This document shows positions 47,708 through 58,623 of a DNA stretch of 64,000 nt, one piece after another; positions within the stretch are counted from its first letter, which is position 1; each line of letters starts with the position of its first letter. The DNA comes from Planctomycetota bacterium. Its GTDB lineage: Bacteria; Planctomycetota; UBA1135; UBA2386. The notes under the pieces were generated by a model, which saw nothing but the letters and a program-made list of their open reading frames with translations, did no database searches and was not told the DNA's origin. Position numbers and translations under genes: made by a program. The stretch lies in assembly GCA_965228735.1 (NCBI GenBank), contig OZ245838.1, positions 5,280,001 through 5,344,000 of the forward strand, written 5' to 3'.

Positions 47708-47803
47708 GCGCGTGACGCCCCCCACCAACCGTGATGGGTACGGTGCCTGGCACCGACAACAACCTCGCGCGCGACGAACCGACGGCGCGGTGTCGGTGTT
47801 CCG

Positions 47804-48190
47804 ATGTTCGAGGCCCTGAAGCGCGCCCTGCAGCGGCTCGGACCGCGACGCCAGCGCGAATGGTCCGTCGACGAAACGGCCGCGGGCTATCGGATCGACG
47901 GTGAGCTGACGATCCGTCGATCGGAGATCTCCGTCATCGTGGCGTTCAAGCGCGACCTGATGACGTTCGATCAGATCTGCGTCGGGATCGCCTGCACGGA
48001 GCCGGGGCCGGATGGACGCTACGATCTCGAGTGCATCGAGGAAGGCAATCCGACGTACGCCGCGGTCGTCGAGGACCTCGCGCGGCACTTCGACCTCGCG
48101 GAGGGCTGGTGGATGGAGGTCGCGTTCCCGGCGTTCGAGGAGAACTGGACGGTGATCTGGAGCGCGCGCGAACGCGGAGAGCGCGGGTGA
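47804..48190 (+). CDS. Hypothetical protein
   Basis: 128-aa ORF with host codon bias (AFKRDLMTFDQIC...VAFPAFEENWTVIW). Confidence 0.65.
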   Translation: MFEALKRALQRLGPRRQREWSVDETAAGYRIDGELTIRRSEISVIVAFKRDLMTFDQICVGIACTEPGPDGRYDLECIEEGNPTYAAVVEDLARHFDLAEGWWMEVAFPAFEENWTVIWSARERGERG

Positions 48191-48316
48191 ACGTCCGCGT
48201 CGGCGCGGGCAGCTGTGGGGCGGCGTTCCGAACTCGTGCTCGACTGGATTGCAGAGCGAACTTGAACGGCTCGAGTGCGACGGCGCGGTGGGCCTGGCAG
48301 GGTCACCAAGCCGGGA

Positions 48317-49222
48317 TCACTGCGCCGCTTCCTGTTCGGCCAGCTCGGCGGTGGTGTCGGGTTCGCCGGTCGCGGCGTCTGCGCGTGGCCGGGCCCGCGC
48401 CGACTTGTCGTTGTCCTGCTCGACGAGGCCGGGGAACGAGCGGCGAACCCGAGCCATGTGATCCTCGGTGTCGGTGTCATCGGGGCCCGCAAGCACGGTC
48501 AGCAGCGACAGCAGGTCCTCGCCGCGGACGGTGTAGGACGTCTTCGGGTTCTTGGCGACGACTTTGGCGAAGCGCCGGCGCGCGGACTTGACCGACAGCT
48601 TGCGGCGGGGCGGCGCGCCCTTGTTGTCCTCGAGCTCGCGCAGGGCGGCGTCCGCCGTCGCGCGTTCTTGCCCAGGTTCGGCGTCGAGGATGCGGCGGCA
48701 GATCGCCTTGGCCTTGGTCCACGAGATCTTGTCGTGCTGCAGCAGTTCGCGAATGCGCGCGTCCATGGACGGCACGAAGCGCAGGATGTCCTCGATCCAG
48801 CTCACGCTCTTGTCGAGGAACGACGCGATGCGGTCCTTGTCCCAGTTTGCGTTGTTGAGATAGATGACCGTGTCGAAGTACTCGACGGCGCGCGCATCCA
48901 GGCGGTCGGCGTTGAGCTTGAGATTGAGCGCGCGGATCTCCTCGAGGTCACCGGCGACGACGCGCACGTCGACGCGGTCGAAGTAGCCGGGGTTGCTGCG
49001 GCGGATGCCCTCGATCGCGGCGTGGCGGTGGAAACCACCGACGAGGAACAGCTCGCGCGGGTTGCGTTCCCACACGACGAGCGGCTCGAGCAGGCCGTTC
49101 TTCAGAATGTCGTCCTGGTAGTGCGCGACCTTCTGCGGATTGACGGGGCGGTGGTTCTCGATCATCGGGTGCTTGTGCACCAGCTCGAACGGGATGTAGT
49201 CGAAGCGTTTCGTAATCAACAT
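48317..49222 (-). CDS. ParB/Srx N-terminal domain protein
   Basis: NGLLEPLVV, LVGGFHRHAAI, LKLNADR, HTH-like IASFLDKSVSWI. Confidence 0.8.
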   Translation of the reverse strand: MLITKRFDYIPFELVHKHPMIENHRPVNPQKVAHYQDDILKNGLLEPLVVWERNPRELFLVGGFHRHAAIEGIRRSNPGYFDRVDVRVVAGDLEEIRALNLKLNADRLDARAVEYFDTVIYLNNANWDKDRIASFLDKSVSWIEDILRFVPSMDARIRELLQHDKISWTKAKAICRRILDAEPGQERATADAALRELEDNKGAPPRRKLSVKSARRRFAKVVAKNPKTSYTVRGEDLLSLLTVLAGPDDTDTEDHMARVRRSFPGLVEQDNDKSARARPRADAATGEPDTTAELAEQEAAQ

Positions 49223-49365
49223 TTCAGGGTCCCCTCCCGGGGATTCAGTTCAGTGCAGTCGGCCAAAGGAAGCGCGGCCAGCCCCTCAGGATAGCGGGGC
49301 GACCCGCCCGATTCGCGGCTCTGCTCGGGCTGGCGCCAGCGGGACTTGCGGCGATACTCGCGCCG

Positions 49366-51510
49366 ATGCGTCTTGCTCCGAGCGTCAGCATCCTGCTCGC
49401 CGGCTGCGCCATGACCCCGACCATGACCCAGAACATGACCGCCGGCCGCCCGACTCCCCCGACCGCCAAGCGCGTGCCGCACGAGCATCGCTATCACGGC
49501 GAGGTCTACGTCGACGACTACCATTGGCTGCGGGACAAGGAGTCGCCCGAGGTGCGGGCCTACCTCGAGGAAGAGAACGCCTACACCGACGCGTGCACCG
49601 CGCATCTGCAGCCGTTCGTCGACACGCTCTACGAGGAGATGGTCGCGCGCGTCCAGCAGACCGACCTCAGCGTGCCCGTGCGGCGCGGTGCCTTCTACTA
49701 CTACCACCGCACCGAGGAGGGGCTGCAGTATCCGATCCGTTGTCGGCGTGCGGCCAACGCGGACGGCAGTGACGACACGGATGCCGAGGAGCAGGTGCTG
49801 CTCGACCAGAACGCGATGGCCGAGGGGCTGACCTATCTCGGCATCGGCGACGTCGAGGTCAGCGACAGCGATCGACTGCTCGCGTATTCGACCGACGAGA
49901 CCGGCTTCCGGCAGTACACGCTCCACGTCAAGGATCTCGCCACCGGCGAAGTGCAGGGCGCGCTCGCCGAACGCGTCACGTCGGTCGAATGGGCCGCGGA
50001 CGACCGCACGCTGTTCTACGTCACCGAGGATCCGGTCACCAAGCGCAGCAACAAGCTGTTCCGGCGGACCCTCGACGGCGAACCCGAGCTGCTCTACGAG
50101 GAGGCGGACGAGCTCTTCCGGATCGGGATCGGTCGGACGAAGGACGGCGCGTATCTCGTGCTCGCCGCGTTCAGCACCGACACGTACGAGTGTCGCTGCC
50201 TCGCCGCGAGCGACCCGGGCGGCGCGTTCGACGTCCTGCTGCCGCGGGAGAAGGGCCACCGCTATCACGTCGTCGGGCATCGCGACGGCGCATTCTTCCT
50301 GCGCACGGACAAGGACGCGCTCAACTGGCGGATCGTGCGCGGGCCGGTCGACGACGTGCGTCCGGAGCGGTGGCAGGACGTCGTCGAGCATCGCGATGAC
50401 GTGCTCGTGACGAGCTTCGAGACGTTTGCCGACTTCGCCGTGGTCGTCGAACGCGAACTCGGGCTCAACCGCTTCCGCATTCTCGACTTCGGCAGCGACG
50501 AGTGGCGCACCATCGAGTTCCCCGAGGCCGTCTACGCGGCCGACAGCGGTGGCACGCCCGAGTACACGTCGACGACGTACCGCATCGCGTATCAGTCGAT
50601 GGTCACCCCGCCTTGCGTCTACGACTACGACCTGCGGACGCTCGCGCGTGAGCTGAAGAAGCAGCGCGAGGTGCACGACTACGACCCGGGCGACTACGTG
50701 ACCGAACGGGTGTGGGCCAAGGCCCGCGATGGCGCCGAAGTGCCCGTGTCGGTGGTGTATCGCCGCGGGCTCGAGAAGAACGGCAGCGCGCCGCTGTGGC
50801 TCTACGGCTACGGCTCGTACGGCATCTCGGTGCCGCCGGGGTTCAACAGCGATCGCGTGAGCCTGCTCGATCGCGGCGTCGTGTTCGCGATCGCGCACAT
50901 CCGCGGCAGCAGCACGCTCGGTGAGGCATGGCGGCGCGCCGGGATGCTGATGGACAAGCAGAACACGTTCACCGACTTCATCGACGTCGCCGAGCACATG
51001 ATCGCCACCGGTTGGGCCGGGAAGGACAAGGTGCTCGCGGAGGGCGGCAGCGCGGGCGGTCTGCTCATGGGAGCGGTCGCCAACATGCGGCCCGATCTGT
51101 GGCGCGGGATCCACAGCGCGGTGCCGTTCGTCGACGTGATGAACACGATGATGGACGCGACGCTGCCGCTCACCGTTGGCGAGTATCTCGAGTGGGGCAA
51201 CCCCAACGAGAAGTCAGCGTTCGACTACATGATGTCGTACAGCCCGTACGAGAACCTCGAGGCCAAGGCGTATCCCGCGACCCTCGTGACGACGAGCTTC
51301 AACGACTCGCAGGTGATGTATTGGGAGCCCGCGAAATACGTGGCCCGCCTGCGGACGCTGAAGGCGGAGTGCCAGGACAGGAGCGAGCTGCTGCTCAAGT
51401 GCAAGCTCGAGGCGGCGGGTCACGGCGGCGCGTCCGGGCGCTACGACCGGTGGCGCGATCGCGCGTTCGAGGTGGCGTGGATGCTCGCGCAGGTCGGGAT
51501 CGACCGCTGA
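49366..51510 (+). CDS. ptrB: Oligopeptidase B (S9A)
   Basis: DDYHWLRD, LYGYGSYG, KQNTFTDF, GGSAGG, NDSQVMYWEPAK, AGHGGASGRY; start may be 49411-49435. Confidence 0.93.
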   Translation: MRLAPSVSILLAGCAMTPTMTQNMTAGRPTPPTAKRVPHEHRYHGEVYVDDYHWLRDKESPEVRAYLEEENAYTDACTAHLQPFVDTLYEEMVARVQQTDLSVPVRRGAFYYYHRTEEGLQYPIRCRRAANADGSDDTDAEEQVLLDQNAMAEGLTYLGIGDVEVSDSDRLLAYSTDETGFRQYTLHVKDLATGEVQGALAERVTSVEWAADDRTLFYVTEDPVTKRSNKLFRRTLDGEPELLYEEADELFRIGIGRTKDGAYLVLAAFSTDTYECRCLAASDPGGAFDVLLPREKGHRYHVVGHRDGAFFLRTDKDALNWRIVRGPVDDVRPERWQDVVEHRDDVLVTSFETFADFAVVVERELGLNRFRILDFGSDEWRTIEFPEAVYAADSGGTPEYTSTTYRIAYQSMVTPPCVYDYDLRTLARELKKQREVHDYDPGDYVTERVWAKARDGAEVPVSVVYRRGLEKNGSAPLWLYGYGSYGISVPPGFNSDRVSLLDRGVVFAIAHIRGSSTLGEAWRRAGMLMDKQNTFTDFIDVAEHMIATGWAGKDKVLAEGGSAGGLLMGAVANMRPDLWRGIHSAVPFVDVMNTMMDATLPLTVGEYLEWGNPNEKSAFDYMMSYSPYENLEAKAYPATLVTTSFNDSQVMYWEPAKYVARLRTLKAECQDRSELLLKCKLEAAGHGGASGRYDRWRDRAFEVAWMLAQVGIDR

Positions 51511-51543
51511 CATCGCGTGGGCCGTTCGGTCGAGCGCCGCTGG

Positions 51544-52404
51544 TCAGCTCGACGATCGGTTGCGCGCCGACTGGGCTGCCACCAGGCGATCTTCGCTGAT
51601 CCTGAACAGCCGTGAGGCAGTTCGCCAACTGACGTTCTCGAACTGCTCGTCGTTCAGCTCGAGCTCGCTCAGCAGCTTCAGATAGGGTCGCATGTTGACG
51701 AGCGGCCAATCGCTCCCGTACATGAGCTGACTGCCCGGGTCGCCCATGTAGGTGATCATGTCCTTGAGCCGCATCGCGACGTAGCGCTCGAATTCGTACG
51801 TGAAGTCGCCGAGCGTCAGCCCCGAGATGTCGGCGTAGACGTTGTCGTTCTTGTAGAGCACCTCGGCTGCGTCCTGGAACCAGGGGTTGCCGAGGTGGCA
51901 CATCACGAAGCGGTTGTCGGGGTAGTCGACGGCGATGTCGTCGACCAACAACGGGTGCGCCATCCTGACCTTGGCGGTCTTGCTGTAGGTGTCCCCCGTG
52001 TGGATCATCACCGGCACGTGGTGTTTCGCGGCGATCCGGAACACGGTTTCGAGGGACGGATCGTTGATCGGGTAGTGGTCGTAGCCGGGGTAGAGCTTGA
52101 TGCCCTGGATCTGGCCGTCCCGGATGCGTTCCTCGAGCGAGAACAGGTCGGATCGTTCGTCGCCGCGCCAGCGCAGGCCTTCCACGACGGTGATGCGCGG
52201 ATCGGCCGCGAGCAGCGCGAGCACCTCTTCGGCGCTCGGTCGATCCATGTCGACCTTGTAGGACGTGATGACGACCGCGTGGTCGATGGCGAGCTCGTTC
52301 ATCTTCGCGAACAGGTCGCGCACGTTGTCGGCGGTCGGACGTCGGGTCGATTCGTGGTAGTTGTTGAGGTGAACGTGGACGTCGATCAGAAAGCGCGAGC
52401 CCAT
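51544..52404 (-). CDS. Amidohydrolase_2 family protein
   Basis: IDVHVH, GIKLYPGY, VMIHTG, CHLGNPW, YADISG, GSDWP. Confidence 0.9.
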   Translation of the reverse strand: MGSRFLIDVHVHLNNYHESTRRPTADNVRDLFAKMNELAIDHAVVITSYKVDMDRPSAEEVLALLAADPRITVVEGLRWRGDERSDLFSLEERIRDGQIQGIKLYPGYDHYPINDPSLETVFRIAAKHHVPVMIHTGDTYSKTAKVRMAHPLLVDDIAVDYPDNRFVMCHLGNPWFQDAAEVLYKNDNVYADISGLTLGDFTYEFERYVAMRLKDMITYMGDPGSQLMYGSDWPLVNMRPYLKLLSELELNDEQFENVSWRTASRLFRISEDRLVAAQSARNRSSS

Positions 52405-52446
52405 GCCGAGACGCTACAGCCTGCCCTGGGTCAGTCCCATGGCGCG

Positions 52447-53394
52447 TTGGCGCTGCATGTCCTGACGGGATTCCTGGGCAGCGGCAAGACCGAGCTGTTG
52501 CGCGCTCTGCTCACTCGCACCGCGGCCGGGCGGGGGGCGAGAATCGGCGTGCTCGTCAACGAGGTGGGCGAGTTGCCGGTCGACCAGCAGTTGCTCGAGG
52601 AGGTCGATGAGGGCGTCATGGCCCTGCCCGGCGGCTGCGTGTGCTGCGTACTGCGCGACGATCTCTACGGCGCCGTCGTCCGGCTCGCCGCGCAGCAGCC
52701 GGATCGGATCGTCTTGGAGACCACGGGGCTCGCGGACCCGGCGCCGATCCTCGCGGCGTTGACGACCGATCGCCGGCTCCGTCGGCTGCTGCGTTGCGAT
52801 GGCGTCGTCACGGTCGTCGACTGCCTGCGTGCGGAGTCGCTGTTCGAAGAACATGCGGAGTTTCGCCGGCAGCTCGACTTCGCGGATCGGATCGTCCTGA
52901 CGAAGGTGGACCTCGCCGGCGAACGTGGCGACGCGCTGCTGTCGTGGCTGGCCGAGCGCGCGCCGGGACGCGAGGTCCGGCGCGCCGACCGCGGCGACGT
53001 GGACGCCGAGTGGCTCTTCGGTCCCCGTCGGTTCCATCGGACCGGTGACGACGTCGCGTGGCTGCACCATGGCGCGGAACACCACCATCGAGACTTCTCT
53101 ACCCACCTCGTCGAGTCGCACCGGCCGGTGGATCTCGACGCGCTGCAGCTGTGGTTGCGCCTCGTCACGCAGGTCGACGGTGAGCGGTTGTTGCGCATCA
53201 AGGCGCTCGTTCGCTGTGCGAACACGGGCGGCCTCTTCGTCGTGCAGTCCGCCGGGCGGAGCGTGTCGGCCGCGCAACGCGTCGAGAGTGCGTCCGACGT
53301 TCGCGGCGCCGAGGTCGTCGTCATCCAGCGCGGGATGCCGGAACACGCGCTCGCCGCGCTGCTGGTGGCTCTGCGCAGCGCGCTGCTCGCGTGA
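52447..53394 (+). CDS. CobW/COG0523 GTP-binding metallochaperone
   Basis: TGFLGSGKT, VNEVG, GCVCC, ETTGLADP, TKVD, His-rich linker, LLRIK; start uncertain. Confidence 0.9.
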   Translation: MALHVLTGFLGSGKTELLRALLTRTAAGRGARIGVLVNEVGELPVDQQLLEEVDEGVMALPGGCVCCVLRDDLYGAVVRLAAQQPDRIVLETTGLADPAPILAALTTDRRLRRLLRCDGVVTVVDCLRAESLFEEHAEFRRQLDFADRIVLTKVDLAGERGDALLSWLAERAPGREVRRADRGDVDAEWLFGPRRFHRTGDDVAWLHHGAEHHHRDFSTHLVESHRPVDLDALQLWLRLVTQVDGERLLRIKALVRCANTGGLFVVQSAGRSVSAAQRVESASDVRGAEVVVIQRGMPEHALAALLVALRSALLA

Positions 53395-53544
53395 TGTGAG
53401 TTGCGCTGCCGGAGCCGTTCCCCGGCTGACGATGGCGCGCGAATTTCATCCGACCTCGCTGAGGTGTCGTCGACGCAGCCCGCATCGGTCGCTTCGATGC
53501 GGACTCGTACCTGCGGCGTTCCCGAAGGTCTTAGCCTTGTCGGC

Positions 53545-54477
53545 ATGACAGCCGAACTCGATGGGCGGCGGTTCGTGATCGCAGGTGGCAGTGGCTTTCT
53601 GGGCTGCAATCTCGCTCGGCATCTCGCCGAGGCGGGATCGGACGTCGTGATCCTGTCGCGCAGTCCCGCGCCGGCCGGCCCGTGGCGCTGGCTCGAGTGG
53701 GACGCGCGCACCGTTGGTGATTGGCGCGAATGCCTCGACGGTGCTGCCGGCGTGGTCAACCTCGCTGGCCGGACCGTCGACTGCATCAAGACGCCGGATC
53801 ACTGCGACGAGATCCTGCGATCGCGCGTCGAGTCGACCCACGCGGTCGGCGCAGCGCTGCAGAGCGTCGAGAAGCCGCCGCCGGTCTGGGTGCAGATGAG
53901 CACGGCGCACATCTACGGCGACCCGCCGACCGTCAAGTGCGACGAGGACTCGGCGTTCGGCTTCGGGCTCGCACCGATCGTCGGTCGCGCCTGGGAGGCG
54001 GCGCTCGCGGCAGCCGCGCCATCCGGCCTGCGCACGGTCGTTCTGCGCACGAGCTTCGTGCTCGGCGGCACCGGTGGCGCGCTGCCGACGTTGGCACGGC
54101 TCGCGCGCTGGGGACTCGGCGGCACGATCGGGCACGGGCGCCAGGGGATGAGCTGGATCCACGAACGTGACATGAATCGTCTGTTCGAACGTGCCCTGCT
54201 CGATCCGACGATGCGCGGCGCCTACCTCGCGACCGCGCCGCGTCCCGTCAGCAATCGCGACTTCATGCGCAGCCTGCGGTGCGCGCTCGGCCGCCCGTTC
54301 GGCCTGCCCGCACCGGCGTTCGCCGTGCGCATCGTGGCGCCGCTGCTGCTGCGCACCGACCCCGAACTCGCGCTCTACGGGCGCTACTGCGTCTCGCGCC
54401 GCCTCGCCGAGGACGGCTTCGCCTTCGAGTTCGAAGAACTCGAAGGCGCGCTGCGCCACCTGCTGCGGGGCTCCTAG
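53545..54477 (+). CDS. TIGR01777-family NAD-dependent epimerase
   Basis: [33 protein letters not shown]. Confidence 0.9.
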   Translation: MTAELDGRRFVIAGGSGFLGCNLARHLAEAGSDVVILSRSPAPAGPWRWLEWDARTVGDWRECLDGAAGVVNLAGRTVDCIKTPDHCDEILRSRVESTHAVGAALQSVEKPPPVWVQMSTAHIYGDPPTVKCDEDSAFGFGLAPIVGRAWEAALAAAAPSGLRTVVLRTSFVLGGTGGALPTLARLARWGLGGTIGHGRQGMSWIHERDMNRLFERALLDPTMRGAYLATAPRPVSNRDFMRSLRCALGRPFGLPAPAFAVRIVAPLLLRTDPELALYGRYCVSRRLAEDGFAFEFEELEGALRHLLRGS

Positions 54478-55340
54478 AAGCGGAACGTGCCGAACACCGA
54501 GAACATGTCCTCGTCGGCGCCGTTGCTGTCGGACGCTTCGAAGTGCGTGAGCTCGGCGTTCACCGCGATCGTCGGTGTCACCCAGGCCGCGCCGCGGACG
54601 CCGACCGTGACGCCGGCGCGCAGGTCGGCGCCGCCGAGCGAGAGGTTCAGTATCGCGCCGCCGCTGTATTCGGGCGTGAAGTAGAAGTCGCCCTCGGCGC
54701 CGATCTCGAAGTTGACGTCGTCGGTGCTGCCCGGGTCGACGTGCACGAACTGCGCGTGCGCCTCGACGTTGATCGCGCGATTGTCACCGATGTCGCGAAC
54801 CACCTTGCCGAACGCGCCGAACACGGTCTCCGTGATGTTGAGCAGGCCACCGGCTTCGGTCTCCTCGCGCGAGAACCGGCCGCCGATGATCATGTCGTCC
54901 TCGAGCCAGTAGCCGAGATCGCCGTGGATCAGCCACTGGTCGACGTCGACGCCGCCGTCGCCGCTGAGCGAGCCGTACTCGAAGCCCGCGGTCGCCGCGA
55001 TCTGCTCGTCCGGCTTCGCGTAGCGGAACTCGGCGCCGACGGTCGGCCCGTCCGCGTCGAAACCGCCGATCTCGAACCGCGTGTAGTCGATGTCGGCCGC
55101 GACGTACATCGCCCGTTCGAGGAACGCCGCCTCCGTGCGCGGGTGGGCGCCGACGCTGACGGCGTCGAAGAAGTAGCGCCCTTCGACGAACAGCGTGTTG
55201 ACGTCGATGTCGGGGTTCGTGTCGGTGGTCGTGGAGCGCCATCCGGACAGGATCTCGTACTGGAACAGATCCGGGTCCTGGGCGGCGAGGGCGGGGGAAA
55301 GCGCGCCCATCGCGAGGGCGAGCCACGTGGTCTTGGTCAT
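54474..55340 (-). CDS. Putative outer-membrane porin (Porin_7-like)
   Basis: Signal peptide, YFFDAV...EAAFLERA, alternating beta strands, terminal FRF. Confidence 0.75.
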   Translation of the reverse strand: MTKTTWLALAMGALSPALAAQDPDLFQYEILSGWRSTTTDTNPDIDVNTLFVEGRYFFDAVSVGAHPRTEAAFLERAMYVAADIDYTRFEIGGFDADGPTVGAEFRYAKPDEQIAATAGFEYGSLSGDGGVDVDQWLIHGDLGYWLEDDMIIGGRFSREETEAGGLLNITETVFGAFGKVVRDIGDNRAINVEAHAQFVHVDPGSTDDVNFEIGAEGDFYFTPEYSGGAILNLSLGGADLRAGVTVGVRGAAWVTPTIAVNAELTHFEASDSNGADEDMFSVFGTFRF

Positions 55341-55524
55341 CGGGATCTCCATCGTTGGGGATCCTCCGTATCGGCCATGCCATCGGAAAGCTGTTCCCAA
55401 ATCGTCGATTCGGTCGCACCGGTGAATCCCGATTCCAAGGACCCACCATGCAGCACCACGGGAGCCCTCGAGCAGCAGGCGGGAATGGCGGGTTCTCTGT
55501 CCCGAGCCCTATGCTCGGCGCGCC

Positions 55525-57189
55525 ATGTTCGACCCGACCCGTGCATCGCTGCGCCTCGCCGTTCTCCTCGCGACCCTCGGCCCGATCGTCGCGCAGAACG
55601 ACCCGATCCCCGACGGCTTCTCGCGTCAGGACTGGCTGCGCGGTTCGATCTCGCCGGAGCGCGCCTGGTGGGACGTGCAGCACTATGCGCTGGCCCTCGA
55701 GGTCTTCCCCGAGAAGAAGAGCATCGCGGGGCACAACACGATCCGGTTCAAGGCTCTGAAAGCCGGCAAGCGCATGCAGGTCGACCTGCAACCACCGCTC
55801 GCGGTCACCAAGGTGATGCACGGCGAACGTGAGCTCGAGTTCGAGCGCGAGGGCAAGGTCTACTGGGTCGACTTCCCCGAGGCCGTTCCGGCCGGTCGCG
55901 AGACCACGGTCCGCGTGCACTACGAGGGTCGGCCGCGGCAGAGCACGCGACCGCCGTGGAGCGGCGGCTTCTCGTGGCGCAAGGACGATCGGGGCAAGCA
56001 CTTCATCGCGACGACGTGCCAGGGCATCGGTGCGAGCATCTGGTGGCCCAACAAGGACCACGGCGCGGACGAACCGGATCAAGGCATGGACATCATCGTC
56101 ACGGTGCCCGAGGGCCTCGTCGCGGTGTCCAACGGCCGTCTGACGGCCGATGTCGCGAACACCGAGGCCGGGACGCACACGTTCCACTGGACGGTGACGA
56201 ACCCGATCAACAACTACGGGGTCAACGTCAACATCGGCAACTACGTGAGCGCCGAATCGACGTACCAGGGCGAGGGTGGCGAGCTCGACGTGCAGTACTG
56301 GATGCTCGCGCACGAGCAGGAGCAGGCCAAGAAGCAGTTCGCCGAGGTGCCGCGCACGCTCGCCGCGTTCGAGCACTGGTTCGGCAAGTACCCGTTCTAC
56401 GAGGACAGCTACAAGATCGTCGTCGTGCCCTACCTCGGTATGGAGCACCAGAGTTCGGTGACCTACGGTAACGGCTACCAGAACGGCTATCTCGGGCGCG
56501 ACCTCAGCCGCACCGGCGTCGGCATGAAATTCGACTTCATCGTCGTGCACGAATCGGCCCACGAGTGGTGGGGCAACAACGTGTCGATGCAGGACGCGGC
56601 CGACATGTGGATCCACGAGAGCTTCGCGAACTACGCGGAGAACCTCTTCGTCGAGTACCACTTCACCGCGAAGGAGGCGCAGGACTACGTGATCGGCTGC
56701 CGCGCGCTGATTCAGAACGACACGCCGATCATCGGCACCTACGGCGTCAACAAGTCCGGCTCGGGCGACATGTACTACAAGGGCGGCAACATGCTGCACA
56801 CGATGCGGCACATGCTCGACGACGACGACAAGTGGCGGGCGATGCTGCGCGCGGTCAACGAGCACTTCTGGCACCGGACCGTGACGACCGCGGAGTTCGA
56901 GGCGTTCGTGAGCGAGCAATGCGGGTTCGACTTCGGCAAGGTGTTCGATCAGTACCTGCGCACGACGAAGATCCCCGCACTGCACTACGCAGCAAGTGCG
57001 GACGGCAAGACGCTTAGCCTCTGGTTCGAGAACGTCGTGGACGGCTTCGAAGTGCCCGTCGACGTGCGGATCAACGGGCTGGAACGGCGCGTGACGGTCG
57101 GCACGAAGAAGCTGCAGGTCCCGCTCGAGGCGAAGCTGGCGGCCTTCAAGCTCGACCGCAACTTCTACATGCGGACGGTCGAGGGATAG
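55525..57189 (+). CDS. M1 family aminopeptidase
   Basis: GMEHQ, HESAHEWWGN...WIHESFA, YYKGG. Confidence 0.92.
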   Translation: MFDPTRASLRLAVLLATLGPIVAQNDPIPDGFSRQDWLRGSISPERAWWDVQHYALALEVFPEKKSIAGHNTIRFKALKAGKRMQVDLQPPLAVTKVMHGERELEFEREGKVYWVDFPEAVPAGRETTVRVHYEGRPRQSTRPPWSGGFSWRKDDRGKHFIATTCQGIGASIWWPNKDHGADEPDQGMDIIVTVPEGLVAVSNGRLTADVANTEAGTHTFHWTVTNPINNYGVNVNIGNYVSAESTYQGEGGELDVQYWMLAHEQEQAKKQFAEVPRTLAAFEHWFGKYPFYEDSYKIVVVPYLGMEHQSSVTYGNGYQNGYLGRDLSRTGVGMKFDFIVVHESAHEWWGNNVSMQDAADMWIHESFANYAENLFVEYHFTAKEAQDYVIGCRALIQNDTPIIGTYGVNKSGSGDMYYKGGNMLHTMRHMLDDDDKWRAMLRAVNEHFWHRTVTTAEFEAFVSEQCGFDFGKVFDQYLRTTKIPALHYAASADGKTLSLWFENVVDGFEVPVDVRINGLERRVTVGTKKLQVPLEAKLAAFKLDRNFYMRTVEG

Positions 57190-57198
57190 GCCCTTCGC

Positions 57199-58521
57199 TC
57201 ACTCCGGCTGCGGCAGCCGGATCCACGCAGGCAGGTGGTCGCTGACGTCCCATTCGACCCAGTCCATCACGTCGTCCCGCACGCTCTTCGGCAGTCGATC
57301 GAACGGCGATCCCGGCGTGTCGCCCTGATCCCGCACGGCCTGCGCCCAGGCATCGGGTTCGAGGAGGTCGGCGAGCAGGTCCGTGAAGCGGAAGACGCCG
57401 TAGTCGTACGTCGTGCCCGTGCCGGTCACGTTCTCGTTCGCATCGTGCCGCGGCAGCCGCGGGTCGCGGCAGAACAACCCGATCTGGTCATAGGCCTCGT
57501 TCTGCCTCGCGTTGGTGCGCAGCGGTCCCTGTCGCGGATGGTCGTCGAGCAACGGGAAGTTGGCGTCCGCGCTGCTGCGCGACGTGAGACGCTCGGAGTT
57601 GAACCGCTTGATCTTCCACTCGAGGAAGTCGCGCGCCGACGCCGTGGCTTCGAGCGGCGGGTTCTCCTCGGCCACGGCCTCCCGCAGATTCTCGGTCTCG
57701 AGGTTGCAGTCGCCGAGCAGGAAGAGGTTGGGGGCGTAGAGCTTCTCGGGGTACTTGGCCCGGTTGGCGAGCCACTCCACGAGCTCGAGGAACTCCCACA
57801 GCCGTTCGTTCTCGTCCTTGCCGTAGAGCAGGTGGGCGTTGACGGCGAGCAGGTCGAGGGGTTCCGCGTTGCCGCGCGGCCGCACGCGGAACGAAGCGAC
57901 GTGCGGCGCGCGGATGAACGTGAGGAACGTCGGCAACGTGAACCACGGTTTGGCGGGCCGGTCGCGGCCCGCGGCGTCCGCGGCCTCGCAGTCGCGCTCC
58001 CACTGCTCGACCAACGCCGCGTAGGCCGCGGTCGAGGTGCCGATCTCGGCCCGCCGGCGATAGAGCGTGTCGGCGACCTGCGAGCGGTCGGCAGTGATCT
58101 CGGACGACAGCTCCGTGTGCGCGATGCGCCGCGGGTCGTAGAGGAACGCCATGCGCTCCGTGCTCCCGACACCACCCGGCCGACTGCCGGCGATGTCGCT
58201 GATGAGCAGGCTGAGCTTGCGGCGGTGATTCGCGCGGAGGTCGCGCTGCAGTCGCAACAGCCCGTCGAGGTCGTCCTGCACCTCCTGGATCGCGAGCAGG
58301 TCGAACGGCGCACAGGCGCGCGCGAGCAGCCGCCAGGCGCCCGGCGCGCGGCCCGACCCCCGATCGCTCGTGCGATCGTCGCCCTTGCCGAGCTTGCGGA
58401 TGTTGAACGTGCCGATCAGCACGCTGCCGCTGCGACGCGTCGGCAGGCCGTGCTTCTTGAGCCGGTGGGTGGTGAGCGCGTCGGCGACGGTCTGCCAGCG
58501 CTGCAGTTCGAGCTTGGCCAT
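57199..58521 (-). CDS. Endonuclease/exonuclease/phosphatase family protein
   Basis: TFNIRK, AIQEV, ERMAFLYD, NAHL, LGDCN, YDQI, SDHLP. Confidence 0.85.
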   Translation of the reverse strand: MAKLELQRWQTVADALTTHRLKKHGLPTRRSGSVLIGTFNIRKLGKGDDRTSDRGSGRAPGAWRLLARACAPFDLLAIQEVQDDLDGLLRLQRDLRANHRRKLSLLISDIAGSRPGGVGSTERMAFLYDPRRIAHTELSSEITADRSQVADTLYRRRAEIGTSTAAYAALVEQWERDCEAADAAGRDRPAKPWFTLPTFLTFIRAPHVASFRVRPRGNAEPLDLLAVNAHLLYGKDENERLWEFLELVEWLANRAKYPEKLYAPNLFLLGDCNLETENLREAVAEENPPLEATASARDFLEWKIKRFNSERLTSRSSADANFPLLDDHPRQGPLRTNARQNEAYDQIGLFCRDPRLPRHDANENVTGTGTTYDYGVFRFTDLLADLLEPDAWAQAVRDQGDTPGSPFDRLPKSVRDDVMDWVEWDVSDHLPAWIRLPQPE

Positions 58522-58623
58522 GGTTCTTCCTCCATCGCCAGTATGCCCGGCCCCGCTCCGGGGCGCTACTTCGAGCTCGCGGGTGCTGGAACGTTCACCG
58601 GCGGGCGGCGTAGATTCGCGACC

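Noticed and set aside
45664..49222. Prophage or integrated element (helicase + ParB + hypotheticals)
   Set aside because: No integrase, att repeats, structural genes or obvious composition shift
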